32,000 nucleotides of DNA from assembly GCF_007713685.1 (NCBI RefSeq), contig NZ_VMRJ01000007.1, forward strand, positions 198,969 through 230,968, given 5' to 3'. Below, piece after piece: positions 24,521 to 32,000 of this stretch; positions within the stretch are counted from its first letter, which is position 1; every line of letters starts with the position of its first letter. The notes under the pieces are model-generated. The model worked only from the letters and a program-made list of their open reading frames with translations, made no database searches and was not told the DNA's origin. The position numbers and the translations under genes are program-made. The DNA comes from Hymenobacter setariae. Lineage in GTDB: Bacteria; Bacteroidota; Bacteroidia; Cytophagales; Hymenobacteraceae.

Positions 24521-25342
24521 ATGCGCCGCTTCAGATACCTTGTTTTCTTGCTACTCTACACGCTGCTGGCAGCGGGGCAGGCCGTGCCCTACGGCCATAA
24601 CCCAGCCGCGGGCCACTACCAGGCCGTACGTGGCGTGCGGCTTTACTACGAAGAGTACGGCGCGGGGCCGCCGCTGCTACTCATTCACGGCAACGGCGGC
24701 AGCATCCAGGACTTCAAGCAGAACATTCCCTATTTCGCCAAGCACTACCGCGTGCTGGCGGTGGACAGCCGCGCCCATGGCCAGTCAGTAGACCCCGGCG
24801 ACTCGCTGAGCTTCGAGATGATGGCCGACGACTTTGCGGCCCTACTCACCAGCCTGCGCCTCGACTCGGCCTACGTGCTGGGCTGGAGTGATGGCGGCAT
24901 TAATGCCGTGGTGCTGGCCCTGCGCCACCCTAAGAAAGTGAAACGCCTGGCGGCCACCGGCGCCAATTTCTCACCCGACTCCACCGCCCTCACGCCCGCG
25001 CTGTGGCGCCAGCAGCAGCGCGGCTACCAAGAAAACAAAGGCAAAACGCTGACCGACCTAAAGTTAAAAAACGACTGGAAGGTGTTCACGCTCGACGTAT
25101 TCCAGCCCAACATGCCGCTGCCTAGGTTGCGCCAAGTGGCAGCGCCGGCCTTCATCATCGCCGGCGACCGCGACGTGATAACGCTAGAGCATACGGTGGC
25201 CATCTACCGCCACCTGCGCCGCGCCTGGCTCTGGATAGTACCCGATAGCGGCCACGCCACCTTGCAAGAACACGCCGACGAATTCAACCGGAAAGTGGAC
25301 GCTTTCTTTCGGGCAAAGCGTATTTCAAACGCTCCTCACTAA
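24521..25342 (+). CDS. secreted alpha/beta hydrolase
   Basis: It has a signal peptide, the LLLIHGNGGS oxyanion region, the nucleophile elbow GWSDGG, and C-terminal D...SGH. Confidence 0.85.
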   Translation: MRRFRYLVFLLLYTLLAAGQAVPYGHNPAAGHYQAVRGVRLYYEEYGAGPPLLLIHGNGGSIQDFKQNIPYFAKHYRVLAVDSRAHGQSVDPGDSLSFEMMADDFAALLTSLRLDSAYVLGWSDGGINAVVLALRHPKKVKRLAATGANFSPDSTALTPALWRQQQRGYQENKGKTLTDLKLKNDWKVFTLDVFQPNMPLPRLRQVAAPAFIIAGDRDVITLEHTVAIYRHLRRAWLWIVPDSGHATLQEHADEFNRKVDAFFRAKRISNAPH

Positions 25343-25356
25343 AAAATACCCTAACA

Positions 25357-25447
25357 AAACGTCTGTCATGCTGAGCCCCGCGAAGCATCTCTCGCGCGTC
25401 CAACATGCGGTAGAGATGCTTCGCGGGGCTCAGCATGACAGACGTTT
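25357..25447. repeat. 91-bp perfect palindrome (36-nt arms); probable bidirectional terminator / REP-like element
   Basis: aaacgtctgtcatgctgagccccgcgaagcatctct (25357-25392) is the exact reverse complement of 25412-25447, with a 19-nt loop. It lies between convergent genes. Confidence 0.75.
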
Positions 25448-25472
25448 ATGTAGTTATTACACTGAATAGAAC

Positions 25473-25700
25473 TTATTCCCGCGTTAGCACCACCAGCACA
25501 ATTACTTGGCTGGGGTCTTTGGGCGAAAGCTTGTTCTCGAAGCTATCTAGCTCGTAGCCTTTCGCCAGCCACTCTTTCACCTCCGGGAAGGTTAGCAGTT
25601 CGGCTTTAGAAAAGGGCACGGGTTTAATCTTCTGGCCCTTCTTCGCCCCTTCAGAAAAGAAGGTCAGCATTTTGGTAGCCGGCAAGGTTTCTTCAGACAT
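25473..25700 (-). CDS. small hypothetical protein (75 aa)
   Basis: The ORF lies directly downstream of the M61-like peptidase on the same strand and has a Lys/Glu-rich soluble composition. No family was recognised. Confidence 0.45.
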   Translation of the reverse strand: MSEETLPATKMLTFFSEGAKKGQKIKPVPFSKAELLTFPEVKEWLAKGYELDSFENKLSPKDPSQVIVLVVLTRE

Positions 25701-25759
25701 ATTAGTGTGGATAAGTCAGTTAATCAATGTGGATAACCCACCACTATCGGGTGGCGTCG

Positions 25760-27574
25760 CTACAAATTGCGTAGCCAAGTGGCGCGGGCGGCCAGTTGCT
25801 CGGGCGTGGCGGCGGGGTCGGGCGCGAAGTAGTAGCGCTGAATTTCTTCGGCCGACGTCAGCTTGACGGGCACCTCCTTAGGGGCGGCTGTGCCGCGCCG
25901 AATGCGCAGCCCTAGGTCGGTGCCCGGTGTGCGGGCGGCCATGCGGCTCTTGCTGAGGCCAGCATAGGTAGGGCCCACCACGGGCACGTCGCCCACGGCC
26001 AGTAGCTCGTCGCCGGGCTGGATACCAGCGGCTTGCATGGCGGGGCTGGGTCGCTTGATGAACACGCTGCCGTCTTCGTGGCGGTCGTAGGCCACGGAGC
26101 CTAGGCTGGCCAGCTGGCGGCCGGTGTGGTGCGCCGCCTCGTAGCGGATGCCAATGCGCCCTAGGTACTGCTGCAAGGGCAGCGGCTCGGCGCCCTGCAC
26201 ATAGCGCTTAAAGAAGTCGCCAATCTCGGGGTAGGTCAGGGCGGTGAAATCCTGAAAGAAGTTCTGCTCTCTGATGGGGTGGTCGGGGCCGTATTTTTTG
26301 GCGAGCTGCAAGAGCACGTCGCGCAGGCCACGGGTACCGTGGCTTAGCTCCAGCAGGCGCAGGTCGAGCATGGTGGCGGTGAGGGCGCCGCGCTGGTAGA
26401 TGTTGCCGTATTGGCGCTGGCCCTCGTCGGAGAAAGACTTGAGACCTAGGCGACTGAGCGTGTATGTGGTATCGAAGTTGGCGCGGTCGGCCTGCTCCTT
26501 GTCGTGCAGCCCGGCGAGGTAATCGTTGAGTGGCACCAGGCCGCCGCGCAGCTGCATCATGTGGGCGGCCCACTCGGTCACACCCTCGTAGAGCCAGAGG
26601 TGCTCCGAGCCGGTAGGCTGCACGAAGTTGAAGTGCTCCACCACTTCGGAGTGGATGTTAAGCGGCGTCACGATGTGGAAGAACTCGTGGGCAGCAATGT
26701 CCACCACGTTTTGCCCAAACTCCGGCGTGAGTTCGCCCTCGCGCATAATGTATTCGGAGCTGTAGGAGTGCTCCCAGGCGCCGGCGCTTTTGTCGCTAAA
26801 CAGGTAGAGGAAGGCGTAGCGCTTCACCGGCAAATCGCCCCCTAGGAAGGCCTGCGCGGCGCCGAGCATCTTCTGCATGTGGCCGAGCAGCGGCTGGGCT
26901 TGCACTTGGCCCTTGGCCGAGTAACAGTAGAGGGCCACGTCAGCATTGCCTACTTTGGTGGTGGTGCTGGTGAGGTTGCCGAGCAAGAAGGGCGAGTCTA
27001 CGGCCTGGTCGTAGCTCTTGGCGTGGTAGTAACCCTCCTTATCGGGCACCAGCACGGTACCGACTTTCCAAGCATTGGGGTAGTTCAGCTTGAGGCGCAG
27101 CGGCTTGGCCTGCCAGCCCTGCGGGTAACCCAGCACGGTTTGGCCATTGACGAGGGCGTGGTCGGCCTCTAGCGACGAGCCGCACATCAGGTACACGTTG
27201 TGCTCGGGCACGGGCGTGGCCCAGGTTTCGGCAATGGTGTAGCGGATTTCGCGGGTCTTTTCGGGCTCAGCTAGCTCCCACTGGTTGGTGCTCAGCTGCT
27301 CGCTACCTAGGGGCTTGCCCTTGCTATCGAAAGCGGCAAAGTCGCGCACGTAGCGGCCCATGTCCATGACCTGGTAGGTGCCGGGCGCGGTGGCCGCAAA
27401 CTGGTACACGCCCTGCTCCTTGCTGAGCTTCGGCACTTCGAGCCGCACCTGAAATTGGTGGGCGGCTGCGGTAGGGTCCATCGAGACGGTGTAGGTGAGC
27501 TCGCGGGGCGCCTTCGAGGCGTAAGCGGGGGCCGCCGCGGCGAGCAGCAGGCTAAAAAGGGCAGCTAGTTTCAA
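25760..27574 (-). CDS. secreted zinc metallopeptidase (M61 glycyl-aminopeptidase-like) with a C-terminal PDZ domain
   Basis: It has a signal peptide MKLAALFSLLLAAAAPAYA. The zinc motif AAHEFFHIV is followed by WLYEGVTEW (gluzincin third-ligand region). A PDZ-like segment AAGIQPGDELLAVGD lies near the C-terminus. Confidence 0.75.
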   Translation of the reverse strand: MKLAALFSLLLAAAAPAYASKAPRELTYTVSMDPTAAAHQFQVRLEVPKLSKEQGVYQFAATAPGTYQVMDMGRYVRDFAAFDSKGKPLGSEQLSTNQWELAEPEKTREIRYTIAETWATPVPEHNVYLMCGSSLEADHALVNGQTVLGYPQGWQAKPLRLKLNYPNAWKVGTVLVPDKEGYYHAKSYDQAVDSPFLLGNLTSTTTKVGNADVALYCYSAKGQVQAQPLLGHMQKMLGAAQAFLGGDLPVKRYAFLYLFSDKSAGAWEHSYSSEYIMREGELTPEFGQNVVDIAAHEFFHIVTPLNIHSEVVEHFNFVQPTGSEHLWLYEGVTEWAAHMMQLRGGLVPLNDYLAGLHDKEQADRANFDTTYTLSRLGLKSFSDEGQRQYGNIYQRGALTATMLDLRLLELSHGTRGLRDVLLQLAKKYGPDHPIREQNFFQDFTALTYPEIGDFFKRYVQGAEPLPLQQYLGRIGIRYEAAHHTGRQLASLGSVAYDRHEDGSVFIKRPSPAMQAAGIQPGDELLAVGDVPVVGPTYAGLSKSRMAARTPGTDLGLRIRRGTAAPKEVPVKLTSAEEIQRYYFAPDPAATPEQLAARATWLRNL

Positions 27575-27718
27575 GAGATAAATGCGGGGTAAAGAACGAC
27601 GTACTGCGCCGCCGCGAAGAAGTTGACTAGTGACATTACTCTAGGTCCTCTCCGCTACGGCGGTTCCTCAAAGATAATCTGAGGGGCGGCTGGGCTGGGT
27701 TATTGCTCGTCCTGGCGT

Positions 27719-27825
27719 GGGACCCCACCCCCGGCCCCTCCGGGAGAGGGGAGCCAACCGCAAGCAGACGTAAGCTGTCGTCATGCTCCCCTCTCCCGGA
27801 GGGGAGGGGTCGGGGGTGGGGTCCC
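27719..27825. repeat. GC-rich palindromic repeat element, copy 2 (degenerate)
   Basis: gggaccccacccccggcccctccgggagaggggagcc ... gctcccctctcccggaggggaggggtcgggggtggggtccc belongs to the same family as 18869-18980. The left arm lacks 4 nt and has one mismatch relative to the right arm. Confidence 0.75.
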
Positions 27826-28038
27826 GAGCTAACGCTGTTCCTAATCAAGCCGAGACCTACTAGGAAAATACCATGACGCTATGCTAACCTCACGCTGGCT
27901 AGCTACCGCGACCACCAACCTCAGCAAAAGCCATCTCTGCGGTTTTGAACATAAGAATTTTAGCCAACAATACCCCCCGACTACCTCAAAACCGCGTATC
28001 AGTTATACACAACACTCTGCGCTAGCCTACCCTCCATA

Positions 28039-29076
28039 ATGCACAACCTAGTTTCCGCGCTGCAACCCGGCGACACGGTGCCCAACGGCCCGTTGCCCGA
28101 CGGCTCTACTCTATTTGAGCGGCGCGGCCGGCCTATTATCCTAGCCTTTGCCCCCACCGAATGGGACCCGGCGCAGGCGCACCAGAGCGCCATTTTTGCG
28201 CGCTTGTCGCAGGAGTTTGGCAGCGGCGTGGCCTTTGCGGAGGCAGCGCCCGAGGCGTGGCACTCGCTCGACTACCGCGGCGAGCTGGCGATACACCTAG
28301 GCGTAGCCGGACAGCGGGCGTTGCTACTGCTCGACGAAGAAGGCGTACTGCGTTGGAAAACGGTAGTCGAGCCCGGCCAGGATATACGCCCTGGGCAGGT
28401 ATTAGCGGCGCTGCAAGCACTGCGCCCCGAGCCGCTGGATGCCCCCGACCTAGCAGCTGCTAGCACAGAGGTACTAACCGGCGGAATGTCGCGCCGCACC
28501 TTCGTGATGGCCACGCTGGCGGCGGCGGCGCTGCTAGCGCTACCCAGCGTAGTAGCGGCGGCCCCGGAAACCGCTTTACCTAGCCCACCCCCTACCGACA
28601 ACCGCTCCGCTATGCTGCCTGTTGAACTGAACATTAACGGTAAGAGCCACCGCCTACAGCTCGACCCGCGCACGGCGCTACTCGATGCGCTGCGCGAAAA
28701 CCTCCACCTCACCGGCACCAAAAAGGGCTGCGACCACGGCCAATGTGGCGCCTGCACCGTGCACCTAGATGGCCACAGCGCCCTTTCGTGCCTCACGCTG
28801 GCCGTGATGGCGCAGGGCAAGGCCATCACCACCATCGAGGGCTTGGCGAAGGGCGACACGCTGCACCCCGTGCAAGCCGCGTTTATCAAGCACGACGCGT
28901 TTCAGTGCGGCTACTGCACGCCGGGCCAGATTATGTCGGCCTCCGCGCTACTCGCCGACCAGCACACGCGCCACGGCTCGGCGGTCGAAATCCGCGAGGC
29001 CATGAGCGGCAATTTGTGCCGCTGCGCCGCTTATCCCAACATCATCGCCGCCATTCAGGAGGCCCAACGCGCCTAG
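28039..29076 (+). CDS. (2Fe-2S)-binding small subunit of a PaoABC/xanthine-dehydrogenase-family molybdoenzyme, with an in-frame N-terminal redoxin-like extension
   Basis: The C-terminal 196 aa (from the Met at 28486) carry a Tat motif SRRTF, the plant-type cluster CDHGQCGACTV and the second cluster FQCGYCTPG...CRC. The upstream 149 codons are open in the same frame and resemble an AhpC/TSA-like fold without Cys. The real start could be 28486. Confidence 0.8.
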   Translation: MHNLVSALQPGDTVPNGPLPDGSTLFERRGRPIILAFAPTEWDPAQAHQSAIFARLSQEFGSGVAFAEAAPEAWHSLDYRGELAIHLGVAGQRALLLLDEEGVLRWKTVVEPGQDIRPGQVLAALQALRPEPLDAPDLAAASTEVLTGGMSRRTFVMATLAAAALLALPSVVAAAPETALPSPPPTDNRSAMLPVELNINGKSHRLQLDPRTALLDALRENLHLTGTKKGCDHGQCGACTVHLDGHSALSCLTLAVMAQGKAITTIEGLAKGDTLHPVQAAFIKHDAFQCGYCTPGQIMSASALLADQHTRHGSAVEIREAMSGNLCRCAAYPNIIAAIQEAQRA

Positions 29077-29098
29077 CCGCCCCAGCCCCTCCTAGCTC

Positions 29099-30151
29099 AT
29101 GCATCCGTTCCAATACCAGCGCGCCGAAAGCGGCGACCAAGCTGTGGCTGTCGTAGCCAAGAACCCCGACGCGGCGTTTATCGCCGGCGGCACGTCGCAG
29201 GTCGATTTACTAAAAGAAGGCGTGCACCAGCCCAGCCTGCTGGTAGATGTGGCGGGCCTGCCGCTGCGCCAAATCACTGATTTTGAAGGCGGCGTGCGCA
29301 TCGGCGCCAACGCCACTAATACCGAAGCAGCGTACTACCCTGCCATCCAGGCGCGCTACCCGGCCGTGAGCGAGGCGCTGCTGGCGGGGGCCTCGGTGCA
29401 GATTCGCAACATGGCCACCATGGCCGGCAACCCCTTGCAGCGTACGCGTTGCCCCTATTTCCGCGACTTAGACCAGCCTTGCAACAAGCGCACGCCGGGC
29501 AGTGGCTGCGCGGCCATCGGTGGCTACAACCACGTGCACGCGCTGTTTGGGGCCTCGGCAGCCTGCGTGGCTACCCACCCTAGCGACCTCGCCGTGGCCT
29601 TGTCCGCCCTCGATGCCCGCGTGCAAACCACCGGCCCCCGCGGCAGCCGCACCATCGCCTTCCCCGACCTGCACCGGCTGCCCGGCACCACCCCGCACCT
29701 TGACACCGTGCTAGAACACGGCGAGCTAATTACCAGCATCGACCTGCCCGCCTTCGCGGGCCGCTCGCACTACCTCAAGGTGCGCGAGCGCGCCTCCTAC
29801 GCCTACGCCCTCGCCTCGTGCGCCGTGGCGCTAGAGATGGACGGCGCCAAAATCAAGCGCGCCCGTATCGCCCTAGGTGGGGTGGCGCATAAGCCCTGGC
29901 GCGCCACACCGGCCGAGGCGCTACTCGCGGGCCAGCAGCCCACCGAAAAGTTGTTCCAGGCCGCCGCCGCGGCTGCCTTTGCCGACGCCAAGCCGCTAGA
30001 GCACAACGCCTACAAAATACCCATGGGCCGTAACCTGCTAGTGCGCGCCCTACTCGAAACCAGTGGCTTGCAGCCCTTGCAGGGCCCGGCCGGTACTGCC
30101 TTCGCGGCCAGCGTAGGCGGCATGGCCGGCCAGGTTGCCACTCCCAATTAA
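29099..30151 (+). CDS. FAD-binding subunit (CO dehydrogenase flavoprotein-like; PaoB/YagS-like)
   Basis: Contains MHPFQYQRA....AFIAGGTSQVDLLKEG and later ASVQIRNMATMAGN. Its position between the 2Fe-2S and Moco subunits fits this assignment. Confidence 0.85.
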   Translation: MHPFQYQRAESGDQAVAVVAKNPDAAFIAGGTSQVDLLKEGVHQPSLLVDVAGLPLRQITDFEGGVRIGANATNTEAAYYPAIQARYPAVSEALLAGASVQIRNMATMAGNPLQRTRCPYFRDLDQPCNKRTPGSGCAAIGGYNHVHALFGASAACVATHPSDLAVALSALDARVQTTGPRGSRTIAFPDLHRLPGTTPHLDTVLEHGELITSIDLPAFAGRSHYLKVRERASYAYALASCAVALEMDGAKIKRARIALGGVAHKPWRATPAEALLAGQQPTEKLFQAAAAAAFADAKPLEHNAYKIPMGRNLLVRALLETSGLQPLQGPAGTAFAASVGGMAGQVATPN

Positions 30152-30166
30152 GTAGATTCTATTCTT

Positions 30167-32000
30167 ATGCTAACCGAAGCTACCGGGCAACCGCTCGACC
30201 GCGTAGATGGCCGCCTCAAAGTGATGGGCGGCGCGCGCTATACCGCCGAGTGGGACCTGCCGGGCCTCGCCTACGGCGCGCTCGCCACGAGTGCCATTGC
30301 CCACGGCAAGGTGCGCACGCTTGATATCAAGGCCGCGCAGCAAGCCCCCGGCGTGCTAGCGGTACTCACCTATCTCAATGCCCCGCGCCTGCAACCCATG
30401 CCCGAAAAGGTGGGCGGCACGTTGTTTCGCGGCGAGGGCGGCATCACCGAAACGCTGCAGCCTTTGCAAGATGCGACCATTGCCTACGCTGGCCAGCCGC
30501 TGGCCGTGGTAGTAGCCGACACCCACGAGCACGCTCGCTACGCCGCCTCGCTAGTACGCATCACCTACGACGAAGCCAAGCCCGAACTAGACCGCGCCAC
30601 CGCCAGCCGCCAAACGCTGCCCGAAGCCTTCACAGGCAGCAAGGAAGAACCTTTGCAAGTGACCGTTGGCGACCCTAGGTCGGCCCTGGCCGCCGCGTCA
30701 GTAAAGCTAGAGCGAGTGTACGAGTCGGCCATCACGCACCACAATCCCATCGAGCAACTCGCGACCATTGCGCGCTGGGAAAAGCGCAACGGCGCCGACT
30801 ACCTGACGGTGTATGACACCACCCGCGGCGTTGACACGTTGCAAGAAGTCATTTCCGCATCCTTGAATTTACCCAAGGATAACGTGCACATTATCTGCCC
30901 ATTTATCGGCGGGGCGTTTGGGTCCAAAGGCTGGCTATATGCCCCGGCGCTGCTGACCGCGATGGCCGCCCGCGTGGTGGGACGCCCGGTCAAGATTGAG
31001 CTGCGCCGGCAGGATATGTTTAGCACGGCGGGCCAGCGCGGCGCCACCCGGCAAACCTTGTCCCTAGGTGCCACCCGCGACGGCAAGCTTACTTCCCTGC
31101 AACACGACACGCAGGCCCAAACCTCGATGGTGAGTGGCTACACCGAGCCCTGCGCCCGGGTTTCGCGCATGATGTACGCAGTGCCCAACCTGGGCTTTGC
31201 GCACCACCTCTCGCACCTCAACCTGCCCTCGCCCTGCCCCATGCGCGGCCCCGGCGAAACCGTGGGCGGCTGGGCCCTGGAGTGTGCCATCGACGAGCTG
31301 GCCACCGAGCTGAATATCGACCCGGTAGAGCTGCGTCTGCGCAACTACGCCGACAAAAACCCCGAAACCGGCAAGCCCTTTAGCAGCAAGCACCTGCGTG
31401 AGTGCTACGCCCGCGGCCAAGAGCTTATCGGTTGGGCCGCCCGCAACCCCAAGCCCCGCTCGATGCGTGAGGGCAACAGCCTCATCGGCTACGGCGTGGC
31501 CACTACTATGTACCCGGCCGCCCGCCGCGAGGCCTCGGCCCGCGCCACCATCTTTGCCGATGGCCACGCCTTGGTGCAAAGCGCCACCCACGAGCTAGGC
31601 AACGGTGCCTACACCATCTTCCGCCAAATCAGCGCCGACGCGCTAACCCTACCCGTTAACAACGTGCGGTTTGAGCTAGGCGACTCAGCCCTACCAAAGG
31701 CGCCCACTACAGGCGGTTCGGCCACTACGGCCACCGTGGGCCCGGCAGCCACGGCTGCCAGCGAGGCGGTCCTCAGCGCCCTCAAGCAGCTAGCCGCTCG
31801 CGATGCCAAGTCGCCCCTTTTCGGCGCGTCTGAAGAGGCCATTGAGGCCCGCGACGGCCGCTTGGTGCGCAAGGCCAACGCCGCTCAGGGCGAGACCTAC
31901 GCGGCTATCTTAAAGCGCGCCAAACTGCCTTCCATCAGCGCCGAGGGTACGGCCAAGCCGGGTGACGAGCGCGAGCAATTCTCGTTCTACTCATTCGGGG
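30167..32000 (+). CDS. molybdopterin-binding large subunit (PaoC/YagR-like), 3' end beyond the window
   Basis: The frame is open from the ATG at 30167 to the window end. It is not in the track because there is no stop. My translation begins MLTEATGQPLDRVDGRLKVMGGARYTAEW...AHGKVRTLD..A...PGVLAVLT, a typical aldehyde oxidase/xanthine dehydrogenase a/b hammerhead start. Confidence 0.85.
   Translation, partial: MLTEATGQPLDRVDGRLKVMGGARYTAEWDLPGLAYGALATSAIAHGKVRTLDIKAAQQAPGVLAVLTYLNAPRLQPMPEKVGGTLFRGEGGITETLQPLQDATIAYAGQPLAVVVADTHEHARYAASLVRITYDEAKPELDRATASRQTLPEAFTGSKEEPLQVTVGDPRSALAAASVKLERVYESAITHHNPIEQLATIARWEKRNGADYLTVYDTTRGVDTLQEVISASLNLPKDNVHIICPFIGGAFGSKGWLYAPALLTAMAARVVGRPVKIELRRQDMFSTAGQRGATRQTLSLGATRDGKLTSLQHDTQAQTSMVSGYTEPCARVSRMMYAVPNLGFAHHLSHLNLPSPCPMRGPGETVGGWALECAIDELATELNIDPVELRLRNYADKNPETGKPFSSKHLRECYARGQELIGWAARNPKPRSMREGNSLIGYGVATTMYPAARREASARATIFADGHALVQSATHELGNGAYTIFRQISADALTLPVNNVRFELGDSALPKAPTTGGSATTATVGPAATAASEAVLSALKQLAARDAKSPLFGASEEAIEARDGRLVRKANAAQGETYAAILKRAKLPSISAEGTAKPGDEREQFSFYSFG

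Noticed and set aside
27826-28038. Possible Moco or other riboswitch in the leader of the molybdoenzyme operon
   Set aside because: Only a 10-bp stem with a long loop (gcggttttga / tcaaaaccgc) is visible. I cannot recognise the conserved Moco-RNA motif features by eye. A covariance-model search (Rfam Moco_RNA_motif, accession RF01055 as I recall) would be needed.
28272-28889. 205-aa minus-strand ORF antisense to the 2Fe-2S subunit gene. Similar antisense ORFs lie at 31064..31591, 30799..31110 and 13173..13697.
   Set aside because: These are antisense shadows with Ser/Arg/Ala-rich compositions. The opposite strand carries clear family motifs.
1-32000. CRISPR arrays, rRNA genes, transposases and prophage genes
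   Set aside because: No regularly spaced direct repeats, no rRNA-like conserved stretches, and no ORF with transposase, integrase or phage motifs were seen. The only repeats are the palindromic elements listed above.

Overview
The window looks like a chromosomal segment from a GC-rich (about 60% G+C by eye) Bacteroidota-type genome. The protein families, the lack of obvious Shine-Dalgarno spacing and the carotenoid cluster layout suggest Hymenobacter/Cytophagia, but that is inference only. No rRNA, CRISPR array, transposase, integrase or phage gene was found. Content by region: (1) 45-6526, minus strand: an isoprenoid/carotenoid cluster (ispH, a secreted helical protein, crtB, crtI, an ECF-type sigma factor, a MerR/CarH-like regulator, crtZ). 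(2) 6.6-10.3 kb, minus strand: enoyl-CoA hydratase, ComEC and GNAT housekeeping genes. (3) 10.4-12.7 kb: an AraC regulator plus three small membrane proteins. (4) 12.7-13.3 kb: a small low-GC islet bracketed by nested palindromic repeats. (5) 13.3-20.2 kb: PhoH, a SAM hydrolase (DUF62), an HscB-like J-protein, tRNA-Leu(CAA), a lipoprotein, an M20 peptidase and a secreted alpha/beta hydrolase. (6) 20.4-25.4 kb: a tightly packed four-gene unit, namely a 659-aa CrtI/amine-oxidase-type flavoenzyme, a 225-aa polytopic membrane protein carrying the signature I recall for Pyr4/PaxB transmembrane terpene cyclases, a multi-TM sensor histidine kinase (ATGA overlap with the previous gene) and an alpha/beta hydrolase. 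This unit is the best candidate for an undescribed system. (7) 25.5-27.6 kb: a small ORF and an M61-like PDZ metallopeptidase. (8) 28.0-32.0 kb: a PaoABC-like molybdoenzyme operon whose small subunit carries an in-frame Cys-less redoxin-like extension ahead of its Tat signal. Other notable observations: the CarH-like regulator lacks both canonical cobalamin histidines. A GC-rich ~110-bp palindromic repeat occurs twice, each time in a divergent promoter region. The hexamer CCTAGG is about five-fold over-represented across the window, mostly in frame as Leu(CTA)-Gly. Many long ORFs in the supplied track are antisense or out-of-frame shadows typical of GC-rich DNA and were not called.
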